Of a DNA stretch of 64,000 nucleotides, positions 44,779 to 64,000 are shown one piece after another. The notes beneath the pieces were generated by a model. That model worked only from the letters and a program-made list of their open reading frames with translations, made no database searches and was not told the origin of the DNA. Position numbers and translations under genes: made by a program. The DNA lies in contig JBODTK010000158.1 in NCBI GenBank assembly GCA_050613775.1, positions 124,001 through 188,000 of the forward strand, written 5' to 3'. The first letter of the stretch is position 1. Each line of letters opens with the position of its first letter. Origin of the DNA: Neocallimastix sp. 'constans' (Eukaryota).

Positions 44779-45001
44779 AATAAAATAAAATAAAATAAAA
44801 AATAAAAAATTAAATTAGATAAAAAAAATATCAATATATTGTGAAATATATATATATGTATATATCAAATAGAATAAATACTTTTATCTATACTAAAATT
44901 CTTGAAAATAATAAAATTAAATATTTGTAAAACTTTTATTATATATATTATATATATAAATAAAATAAATAAATAAAAGAATTGTACAAATAAATATAAA
45001 A

Positions 45002-46690
45002 ATGATTGGAAAGAAACTACTGAAGTAAGAAAATTTCGTGTTAAAATATTAAAAATATTTATAATTAAACTAAAATAACAAGATTAAATTATATTTATAT
45101 ATATATATATATATATATTTTATCTTTCGAAAGTTTTTTTTTCATTGTAATACTATTAAGTCATTTATTATTTATTGTTAAAGCAGAAGAAGAGGACGAA
45201 GAAGAAGAAGAAGATATATATGGTAAAAAATTATATATAAATAATTATTATTAATACAAAAAAAAAATATTGTATATAAAATTATTATAGTTCTTTATTA
45301 GAAATTTATATTATTATCATTAATTTAATAAGTTTAATAATAATAAAACAATTAATAATAATAATAATTAATAATAATAGAAATTAAAACATGTAGTAAA
45401 ACAATAAATATCGATGAAAATCTTGCAAATTGTGGTCGTGATCAATTAGAATTATATAAAAATGAAACATATTGTATAAGAAATAGTGTGATTTATGAAT
45501 TAGGACCGGATCTAGAATCTGTTAATTGTAAAGTAATATTAAAAATAACAGATAATGATAGCCGAACAATTGCAACAAGATTCGTATCAATTGGTGTTGC
45601 TCTTAGTTGGTATATTTATGGAAAGTATGCATTATTAAGTTTTATTGGATTAAAAAGACATAAAAATTACAATTTCCTTTTCCCTTTCACTGCTGCCCTT
45701 TTTGCATTTGTTAATAATTTTAATGATTTAGTCTTTAATGTATATCATCCTGAATCTAAAGAAACTTGTGAAAATGTGTTTTTAAGAATATTTATTGGTT
45801 CAGCTACTTTAAATTGGGCTCCAATTTCGTGGCTACAAGCTTGCAGATTAGCTGTTATTGCAAATATTTACTTACCAAAAAAAGGATTTATCATAATTAC
45901 TGCAATCACTTGCACTCTTAGTTGTGTTTACTGTGCATTCTATTTCTGTAATTTATCTTTATTTAATGCTACACAAAGTCAAATCACTGGATGTGGTGTA
46001 ACAAATCCAGGAACATATTCATACTATGTTATGATTTCTGATATTGTGGATTCTGCTTTTGCATTTACCGCCATTGTCGTTTTAATTTATAGATCAATTA
46101 AAGGCTTAAGAGAATTAAATACAAGAAACCAAAAATTAAATGACTTAGCTAGTCAAGGTGTATTAGAATTATTGATTATTACTCTTGCAAAGATTGTTAT
46201 TTATCCATTAATTGCTCTTACTAGTGAAATTCCAGCATTAGATATTTTCTGGGATGTTTTGTCAGTTATTGTAATTATATGTGGTTATAATTTAGTTAAC
46301 TTTCCATACGCTCATGTAATTATTTTTTATAGTTTATTATATTTATATCTTATTTTTTAAAAAAATTATAATTATATATATATAACTAAATAAATACAAA
46401 TGATATATTTAATATATTATTAATAATAATGTTATTGCTATTTTATATTATTAAATAATAAATTATTCATAAAAAATATACAGAGTCAAACAAAAGATGA
46501 CAAAAAGATGGGTGGTATTACCAGAAATATATTCACATTTATTGAAACTACAGTTAATTATAGTTTTACAGGAACAAACACTAGAGATAGTAGTCATTTA
46601 AGTTCCGGAAGTTTAAAGGATACAACAAAATCATATAATAAATCAGAAGTAGTAACTCCAAATTCCGCTCTCAAAAATGAAGTTGTTTAA
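45002..46690 (+). CDS. Seven-transmembrane GPCR-like protein, paralogue B, with signal peptide and Cys-containing ectodomain (~417 aa)
   Basis: Exons 45002-45024, 45134-45222, 45381-46315 and 46484-46690 join in frame. Begins MIGKKLLNFFFIVILLSHLLFIVKA-EEEDEEEEE, then a 4-Cys segment, then a 7TM core similar to paralogue A. Confidence 0.8.
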
Positions 46691-47366
46691 TAATAATATA
46701 TCAAAAAATAAAGATGAATATGTAAATATTTACATAAATTATTTAATCAAACTCAGAAATTACTAAAAAAAAAAAAAAAAAAAAAAAAAATAAATAAATA
46801 AAAATGATGATAATAATGATGATGATAAAAAAAAGAAAAAAGATATAAATATATATATTATGTAAATCAAAAATATTTATATATATATTTCTATCTATCT
46901 AATAAAACCAAAACAATTAAAATAACAATAAATAAAAATAATAAATGAAAAAAATTATTACATCACTTTTTTAGATACATTAAATATATATTATTTTATT
47001 ATTTAAGAGTAATATATATTTTATTCATATTAAAACATAATTTAACAATTTCATTGTATTAATTTTTTAAAGATGTATAGATAAGAAATATATATATGTA
47101 TATATATATATATATAATATTTTACCATTTTTATATAATTCTTTTTTTATTACAATAATATATTTTAGAATTTTATTTTAGTAAATTTTATTTATTTATT
47201 TATATATTTTTATTTTATATATTTATTATTATAAACATTTACTTATATCGATATTAATTCATGTTATATTTTTTATTTAATTTTTTTTTTTTAAAAAGAA
47301 AAAAAAAATAAAAATAAAATAAATAAATAAACTAAAATTATAAATAAATTAAAATATAAAATATAT

Positions 47367-54283
<6,917 letters not shown>

Positions 54284-54669
54284 AAAATATTTTTCAAATT
54301 TTTACTATTATTATTATTATTATGAAGAATTGAAAAAGATTTATATATATATGTGATGTCTATAAAAATATCATAAAAATTATAATTAAAAATTATAAAT
54401 TTAAATATGGAATCATTAAATTGCTTAAAAAATGAAGTTCAATAAATCGTATAAAAAATTTTTAAAGATTTTTTTGATTTTATTATCTTTCAATATATAA
54501 ATAGTATACTGTAATATATATAATTATATTTAATATTTTAAATAGGATGAAAAAAAACTTGTCCTACTTTTTTTTATATTTACCCAATTTCTTAATTAAA
54601 TTTTAAAATTTAATATTATCTAAATAAATTATACTATACTATTCATTATTATATAACGATTTTGTTATA

Positions 54670-54714
<45 letters not shown>

Positions 54715-54850
54715 GAAATTACAATTAAAATAAAAATATATATATATTAATTAGTTGAACTTTAAAAATAAATTAAATTTATAAAAAAAATTATTAGACT
54801 CTATTAAATATATAATAATAATAATAAAAACACATATATAAATATTTCAA

Positions 54851-55429
54851 ATGAATGAAATAAAGAATGATAAAATTGAGGAGTACAATATAATTATTAT
54901 AATTATACTAACTATATATATAATTATTATAATTTTATATATATACTGTCTAACTATTAAAACATAATTAATAACTACTTTTATTTAATAATAACTTTTT
55001 ATACTTATTAATATAAAATTTTATGGTTTATGCAATTCTATTATTATCTATCAAAGTTTTATAATTAATTTAAATGAAATTCAAAATTCAATATCATTAT
55101 TTTCTTCTCAAATTGAATTATTATACGAGTATGAAAATGCCATTCTTGAACAAATTATAGAAAAAGATAAATATTATTCAGAAGCAATTAATATTCAAAA
55201 TAATACATTAAAAGAAACAAAAACGTAATTAATTAAAATATATATTATTTTATATTTATTATCTTATTATAATAATGGAATTTCAATATATATTAATTTT
55301 AAAAACATTTAAAATTTTTATAGAAATTCTAATAAGACAATAGAGAATAATGGTAATTTTTGAAGATTTTCAATGAAAATTATGAGATAATATTATTATT
55401 AGAAATAACAATTCATTTATATATATAAA

Positions 55430-55472
<43 letters not shown>

Positions 55473-57226
55473 TTAAATATATTTTAAATGTCAATTTTAA
55501 TTCATTATATGAATACTTTTTTATAATTTAGAGGATTACTTCCATCAATTAATTGAAAAATCTGAAAAAGTTTTAAATCATCCTTTTATAAAAAGCGTAA
55601 TTATATATGTATAATTTATTGTTACTTATTTATTGAATTTATATATCTAATTATTTTTTTAATAATTTTACATAATATAATTATAAAATAGCAACATAAA
55701 ATTGAAGAATTTGCTTTAAAAAAAAATATAAAAAATGAAGTAATCAATAAAAAAAATAATAAAATAATAATATCAGATAAAAATTGTAAAAATGACTCTA
55801 AAATAAAACATGAGATAACTTCTATTAAAAATACACCTTCATTAAAAAATAATAAGTAAGTAAAAAAATTAACGACATAAAATTTTTTTATTGCTTTCTT
55901 TATTCATTTTTAATGATTAAAATTTTTTTTAAAATATATAATATTTTTTCATAAGGAAAATTTATATACCCAATAAAATTATGACGAAATATGAAAAGCA
56001 TTATAAGTAATATCTACTAATTCATAATCAAAAAATTATATAAAATATTTAAAAATTTTATTGAAATTTAAAACTGTTAAATTTCTTATATAATTGATAA
56101 ATTTATAAATTAAATTAAAATTTAAATAAATTTATATATTAAAAAATACTTTATTATCTTATATATATATATATAAATATATAAAATAATAAATAATGAA
56201 TAAAATTAATAGTAAATTAAATTTAGTATATGAAGCTTATAAAAATTCAAAAATTTCATTATTAGAATTTTTAAATAAAACCACTAAAAATAATGTTAGT
56301 AAATAATATATAAAGCAAAATTAACAAATATATAAATATATATAAATATTTTAATGTTAAAATTCAATTAATTAAAAATTTGAACAATATTAATATATAT
56401 ATGTATATATAAGAATAATATGGATATTTTAATTGATCGTGTAAACTCTCTCTTACAGAAATATACTGATATTAGTGAAATTTTAATGAATGGTAAATAA
56501 AGTTTAAAATTTAATATATATATATATATTAAATTTTAAATATATATATATTAAAAGATATAAAAAATAAAAAATTTATATATATTAATTATTATTTATT
56601 TTTTATTAATAATTTATTAGATGATTTATCGCTCAGTGATGATAACATAATTAATGAATTATATACTTTATCAGAAATGTCTGATAATTTAGAAAATCAA
56701 ACACTTTATTATTGTATATATAAATATTTATTATTATTATAAATTCTTTTTTGAACTATTAATATTTTAATATTAATAAATTATATTAATTATATAAAGA
56801 TAATAATATTAATAGGAATTCAAATATTTTAAATAAAAGTTGGAAAGAGCATTTATTAGATATTGAAAGAGGTAAAAAAAAAATTATATTACATATTAAT
56901 ATAGTATCAATATTTATTTATTTATTTATCATATTTTAATATTTATTTAATATATAATTTATTTAGAACGACTTGAATTAAAAAATAATAACAGTATTTA
57001 TTATTATTCAACGATATCTGAATTATTAGAGCATGCATCTCTTTGTTTTGAAATAAAAAAAGCCGAACTAGAATATTCAATTCAAATGTACCTTAAAAAT
57101 GAATTAATTCCACAAATAGATAATGAAAATATATCCGATGAAGAATTTATGAAATATTATAAACTAATATCTGGCTTAATAAATGACATTAATGATATAA
57201 AATTTCCAATAATAATTGAAAAATGA
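54851..57226 (+). CDS. Uncharacterised multi-exon protein, divergent from TOF1 (absent from the ORF track)
   Basis: Short GT-AG bounded coding blocks, including IINLNEIQNSISLFSSQIELLYEYENAILEQI, GYLIDRVNSLLQKY and KSWKEHLLDIER. The last exon reads ...SELLEHASLCFEIKKAELEYSIQMYLKNELIPQ...IIEK* with TGA at 57224-57226. The start codon is uncertain. Confidence 0.55.
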
Positions 57227-57508
57227 AAGATGTATATTAAATAAAATGATATATTTAAATTGAATATAAGATTTAAATAAATATATTATATTTGAAGCTA
57301 ATAGAAAATATCTATAATTATTAGTATTATTTTTATAATCTTAATAATTGATGATTAATAATAATAATAATAATAAATTATCAATTATTTGATCGTTTTA
57401 GAAAAACCAAATCTAAAAACTTAATAATTAAATAATATTTCTATTATTATATATATGTTAATAATATTATTATTTTTTATTAATATTTGGTCTTATTTTT
57501 ATTTTCTT

Positions 57509-57539
<31 letters not shown>

Positions 57540-57748
57540 TTTTTTATATTTTTTATATATATATATATATATATTTTTTTATAAAAAAAAAAAAGATGAA
57601 TTATATATATATAATGTTTTAATTTATGAAAAAAAAGGTATCTAATGTATATTGAATATTTTTTTTTTTTTTTTTTTTTTTTTGTTGGATTTGACTAATT
57701 GTTTGATTAGAATCCTTTTAACAAGGGAATTAAATTAATTTATCCGGC

Positions 57749-59395
57749 TTAAACCTTCATTGGAGCTTCTGGAAGACCATATTCATCCAACTTTACACCA
57801 TTTTCCTATATAATTATAACAAAATTACATTAAAATTTAGAACTCAGTTTAAATATTTGAAATATTCAAATTTTTGTTATGATAAACAATTTTATTATTA
57901 TGATTAAGGTTAATCTTACATCATTCTTTAATGGTTGAGATCCAGCATCTGGAAGAGCAATATCAGGTTCTTCGAGATAAGCTGGCATTTCTTCTTCTTC
58001 TAAGTAATCATCATTTAAAGCTTCTAATTCTATATTTTTTTTTTTTTTTTTTTTTTAAATAAAAAATATTTATATATATATATTTTTTATAATTAAATAA
58101 ATTTATTTATATTTAAATTTGTTATTAAAGGAATTTATAAAAAATATTAAAATTATACTTTATAATTGTTTTTTATTATGAATTCATTAAATACTATTAA
58201 ATAATTACCAGCTTCAAGGTCAGCTTCATCGATATCTTCTGGTAAGTTATATGAACGACCCAACGCTTCTTGAATTTCGTTAGCTTGATCAAGAAGATCT
58301 TCCATTTCATCTTGCATAGCCTATTAATATTATAATAGTATTTTTTTTTTTTTTTTTTTTTTAATTTTCTATGTCTTTTTTTGTATTTTATAAGTATTTA
58401 TTATTATAAAAATAGCACTTACTTCAATTTTGTCAATATTAACTTTCTTGTATTGTTTCTTAAGTTGTTTGTTTGCTTGTTTCATAGCATTAACAGTGGT
58501 AACAGTATTCTTTAAGTTTTCAGTTGCAAATGAAGTTTGTTCCATATTGAAAGATTGTTGCATTAATTGATCTCTTTGTTGTTCATACCTATTATTTTTT
58601 AATACGAAAATAAATTAATTTGTTACTTTACATCTTTAATACTTTTCATTCATTATTATATTAATATATATTGAATTAATAATATATAAATAAAAGTATA
58701 TAAATAGTAATACTTCATACATTTTCTTTTGTTTTAAAACTCTCATAGCCTTTTGTTTAACTGAATTCTAATATAAATATATTATTATTATTATTGTTAT
58801 TTTTTCATATGAAATTTGTTAATAAATATTTTTTTACATAATATCCATTTATTTTATATTTTTATTTTAATTAATTCAATATTTACTTTGGCTGGTCCAT
58901 CTCTCATTTTACTCATTTGATCTTTATATTTTGATAATTCAGCATCTAAACGACGAATTTTCACTTCGACGGAATCAACTCTTCCATCGGTCTAATAATA
59001 AATATTTTGTTTTATTAAATATTTATAATGTTATTGTTAATTGTTATATTAGTTATTTGTTTATATTAATTATTGATAATATTTATTATTGGTTATATTT
59101 TTTTTAAATAATTTAATCATTATTTTTAAAATTTGTAAATATTAATTTTGTTTTGAATAAGTAATTATATCAATATATATATACATAAAATAAAATGAAA
59201 AATAATAAATATATATATTTATTTATTTATGATTAGTTAATATATAATTTTGTTAATTTTTTTTTTTTTAATATAATTAATAAAAATAAATAATTAATGT
59301 TTCATTTATTTAATTGTATTTTATTTAATTATTACATTTGAAATAGCGTCTTCTAAAGTTGGAGCTGACTTCTTACTTCCAAATAAACGATTCAT
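57749..59395 (-). CDS. VPS60: ESCRT-III-associated Vps60/CHMP5 (Snf7 family)
   Basis: [85 protein letters not shown] and DEYGLP across several short exons. Confidence 0.92.
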
Positions 59396-60131
59396 TTTTA
59401 TTATATATATATGGTAAAAAGTGTCTTTATTTTAATTTTTGATTAGTTATATTATTTTTAAAAAGAGTATTATTTTTTTACAATTTTTTTTTTTTCAAAA
59501 TAAAAAAAAATTATTATTTATAATTAAAATAAATAAATAAATATTATATTTATTGAATTATTTTTATTGATTATTTTAAAAATAATAAGTTTTTGAAGGA
59601 CTATTAATTTACTATTATAAAAAAAAATTCTTTTTATTTATAAATATATATTTAATAAATATATATATATTTTTATAAAAAAAAAAAAAAAAAAAAAAAA
59701 ACAAGAAAAAAAATTATGAAAAATTTCATAATAGTATATTAATTAAATTAATAAAATTAATAATTTAATATAATCTTTTTTTTTACAATAATAATATAAT
59801 TCATTTTAGTTTTAATAAAGATTTTTCTTTTGAATAGAAAATTTGACATTAATTAAAAATATTAAATATAACAATTATTTTATAATATATTGTTATTATA
59901 TCATTAATATATTATAATTATATTTTTAATCTATTAAAATTTTATTTATATTTTTAATATTTATTATACAAAATAAATGACAACCAATTTTTTTTTTTAT
60001 TCTTAAGAATTTCTAATTTTTAAGATAATATTTTTTAGGAACTTTACTATATTATTGGAATAAACATTTTCTAAAGAATATCTTAAAATTCATTAAAATT
60101 TTTCTAAAGTTATTAAATAATATTGTATTCT

Positions 60132-60132
<1 letters not shown>

Positions 60133-60217
<85 letters not shown>

Positions 60218-60222
60218 TTTAA

Positions 60223-60266
<44 letters not shown>

Positions 60267-60273
60267 TTATTAT
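60133..60273. repeat. (ATT)n microsatellite
   Basis: Direct observation; it produces the poly-N and poly-L ORFs in the track. Confidence 0.95.
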
Positions 60274-60778
60274 TTGTAGAAAAAGAAATTACAATTAAAT
60301 CATATTTCATTTACAATTCAGAGTTTGTTCCCGCCTCTTTTATACATATTATACATATAGCTCAATATCATGAAATTTATATATATTAATAATTAATAAA
60401 ATATTAAATTAATTTTTCTTTATAGAATACTTCAACAAAAATGAATATTTAAAAATAGTTTTAAATAATTCCTATTATATATAACAATAATTAATAGAAT
60501 ATATATTATTTTCTTCAGTCTTTATTTTCAAAATTAATAATAAGAGTAATTCTTTTTAGCTATTATAACCAATATAATACTTATAATATTCATAAATTAT
60601 CAAATATTATTCAAAATATCAAATAATTCTTTTCTATTTGTGAATTAATTATATAATAATAAAATTAAAATAATTATTATTTTATAATATTAATTTTTAG
60701 TACAACATATCTATATTAAAATTATTATTATATAAAATGAAAGTAATTAAATTACGAAATTAGAAACAAAAATTTTTC

Positions 60779-60810
<32 letters not shown>

Positions 60811-61117
60811 TTAATACTTTTTTTTTTGTAAGTTTTATTACATTTGTTATATGAATTATTTGATCTTGTTAAATATTCTTTTCTATTTCTAAATATAACT
60901 ATTAAAGATATGAAACAAAAATACAAATAATTATTTATTAATAAATTAAATATAAATAAATTAAATATTAAATAAATATATAATGCTAATAATTAATAGA
61001 TATAATTTAGTAATCTTTTAATGTTTTATATGTATATATATATATATATATATATTATTATTATTATTATAATTATATAATGTTTAAATATTCAAATTAC
61101 TTGAAAAATTAAAAAAA

Positions 61118-61608
61118 TTATTGAGTAAATGATTGTATTTTATCTTCAATATCCTTTGGTATTTTACTTAAAGCGAGTGCAAACTATCAAATATATAAAT
61201 AAATATATATCATATAAAGTTAATTATTTTATTTAATTGGTATGAATATAATAATAAAAGATTTCTACCTCATTTGGTTTACGTTGTTGTAATAATAACA
61301 TTTTTTGAGTAAAGTACTGTTTAGTATTAACTATATTTGGATGGAAATCAATCTTCTCATTAGATTCACTTAAAGTTGATAAACGACTGTATGTTGTTTG
61401 ATAACCAGCCTCTCCTATTTCAATACTATAATCATCAATATCATAAACATTCTTTTCAGTTTGTGCTTGTGGTATATCCAATAAGATAACAATTTGAGAA
61501 ATCAATTTTGGTCTAAATTAATTTTATTAAAGATTTCAAATATAAATTAGTATATATACATTAATTTCACAAGATATAGCATTTATTAATAATAAATAAA
61601 AATAATAT

Positions 61609-61657
<49 letters not shown>

Positions 61658-62965
61658 AAATATATTACAATAACTATATATTTAAAACTTACAATAATTC
61701 TATATATGGATCAACCATCATATTATCATTTTCTGTTAACAAATTGGTCATTCCAATTTCACATAGCTTTCGATCTCGTGGGGATAAAATTTCTGTTATT
61801 TCTGGAATAATAATACTATCTAATAAATTATTTAATAAGCTTCATTAAATAATTATAAACAAAACAAGCAAAGAAAAATAAAAATTTAGTATATTTGATA
61901 AAAATTAAAATTAAAATTAAAATTATATAAATATTTATTATTATTATTTTTTTAAAAACTACTTTGGTTGAATAGAATTAAATATTTCAAAAATAAAGGA
62001 TGAAGTTATGCCTTCTATTGGAACACTAATTAAAAAGTTTATAAATATAACAAATGATCTTGTATATTTTGCTGTACGAAGAGTTTGTAAACGAGTAAGA
62101 AGAAGTAAAAAGATATTAACAAGATATGGCTGTAATGATTTCCTAATTTAATGGATATATATAATTTTGATAAATGAATATAATTGAAAAAGTAATACAT
62201 ATATATTAATTAACATTAGATATAAATTAAATAAATAATGCTATATATGTATATATGTAATATATGTAATATATGTATATTTAATTATTTATTTACATTG
62301 GAATATAAAGGAAGATATTAGTCAAGAGTTCAAATCCATATTGATCATTTAATTTGGATGCAATTAAATTTTGGAATACACCAAGGAAATTTGGAACTTG
62401 GTTGTTAGCAACAATATTAGCTGAACCCTTTTCTAGATAGGTCTTCAGAAGTCTAACAATAGCAGGAATATTACCTTATGTTTTATTAATTTAAAACAAA
62501 AACAAATATAATAAAGTAAACAAATAAACAAAAAAAAAAAAAAATAAATAAAAATAAAAAATAAAAAAAATAAAAAAAATAATATATATATATATCATTA
62601 ATAAAAATTATTAATTAAAATTTTTAAATATATTATTAACGATAAATCATTTTAATATTATAAACAATAATCGAATTTATATATATATATATATATTTAT
62701 TCTACGTACCACGATTTTCCCAAAGTTCAGATGGCTTTAATAGTGTTGGTAGCATATTTTGATATGCTTCTGGTACAATATTATCATTATGGAACTTTAA
62801 CATTTCACCAAGTATTTGGAAAACATATGGTAGGAACTCTGAAACATCTCTTCTGATAATTTCCTGGAAATGTGGGAACAAGAACTGTTCAAATTGCTGA
62901 ACTGAAGCTGGATTGCTTGTGCATGTATATCTAAGATCAATTATTATTATTAATATTATTATTAA

Positions 62966-62999
<34 letters not shown>

Positions 63000-64000
63000 A
63001 TTATTATAATTATTATTATCATTAATTATGATTTTGGTTTAAATTATATTATATAATTAATTAGTTTAATTTATCTACCTAATTAAAGCACCCATTGATT
63101 CGAATGCAAAATGATTGAACTTTGGATTACTTGGATTAACACTAATTGTTCCAATAATATTAGTTAACTTTGATAATATTTCATCGATATATGGAACAAT
63201 ATCATTATGACTTGTAACAATAACTCTAGTTATAGCTTTTTTTTATTTTTATTTTTATTTTTAAATCGATTATTTAATATAATTTTTATTGATAACATTT
63301 ATAAAAAATAATAATAATAATAATAATAATAAATAATTAAAAGATAAAAATAAAATGTATATTAATAACATTAAAAAAAAAAAATCCAATTATTTCAACT
63401 ATAATTATTATATTTTTCCTTTATAATATATTACTTTTCATAATATAATCATTTTCAGATAATTTGGCAGAATTTTGACCATTCTTTTCTAATAAACTAA
63501 ATAAACTAATTAATAATGTTTGAACAAATTCACGAATATCTTCCTGACCATATCTTTAAATATTATCAAGTTATATAAAGTTAATAAATAAGCATAGCTT
63601 TTTCGATAAATAATTATTGATATATATATATATATAACGTTACAATAGTTTTGCTCCTTGCTTAATGGATAAAATATTAGTAATACAAATAGCAGAATAA
63701 GTATAAACTAAGTAATTATCTGATGATAAATGATTAACAATAATTGGGAAAATTTCTTTAAATCTATCCTTTGATTGTAAAAACTAAAAACAAAAAAAAG
63801 AAAAAAAAATAATAAAAAAGATAAAATAAAATAAAATAAAATTAATAAAAATTAATAAAAATTAATAAAAATTAATAAAAATTAATAAAAATGAAAATAA
63901 TAATGATATAATTATAATATAATTATATTATAAATTTTAAAAACAAATTAATATTTATTATTTAAATAATTTTATAACATTTATTAAAATTTATTACTTG
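61118..64000 (-). CDS. CSE1: Exportin-2 / importin-alpha re-exporter Cse1, 3' part (5' end outside the window)
   Basis: HLSSDNYLVYTYSAICI, LSENDYIMK, NPSNPKFNHFAFESMGALI, EFLPYVFQIL, LWENRGNIPAIVRLL, LGVFQKLIASK and GYQTTYSRL. Stop codon at 61118-61120. Confidence 0.9.

Noticed and set aside
60113..60389. Poly-Asn and poly-Leu ORFs
   Set aside because: They are artefacts of the (ATT)n microsatellite.

Overview
Extremely AT-rich, intron-containing eukaryotic DNA. Composition, microsatellite-filled introns and gene content point to an anaerobic gut fungus (Neocallimastigomycota); this is inferred, not proven. Housekeeping genes are BRO1, TOF1/Timeless, VPS60 and the 3' part of CSE1. Also present: a small secreted protein, a type II membrane protein, two paralogous 7TM receptor-like genes separated by a decayed ankyrin-repeat block, an uncharacterised multi-exon gene, and transposon debris. 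The standout is a 7-exon minus-strand gene (16456-31695), split into four ORFs in the track, which I spliced by hand to about 4601 aa. It encodes a basic Ser/Lys-rich presequence, a motif-complete pyruvate:ferredoxin oxidoreductase (PFO) and 18 tandem flavodoxin-like domains, with no FAD/NADP reductase module. The flavodoxin units fall into a canonical class and a degenerate class, and the array shows recent internal duplication. All gene models are manual and no database searches were run.
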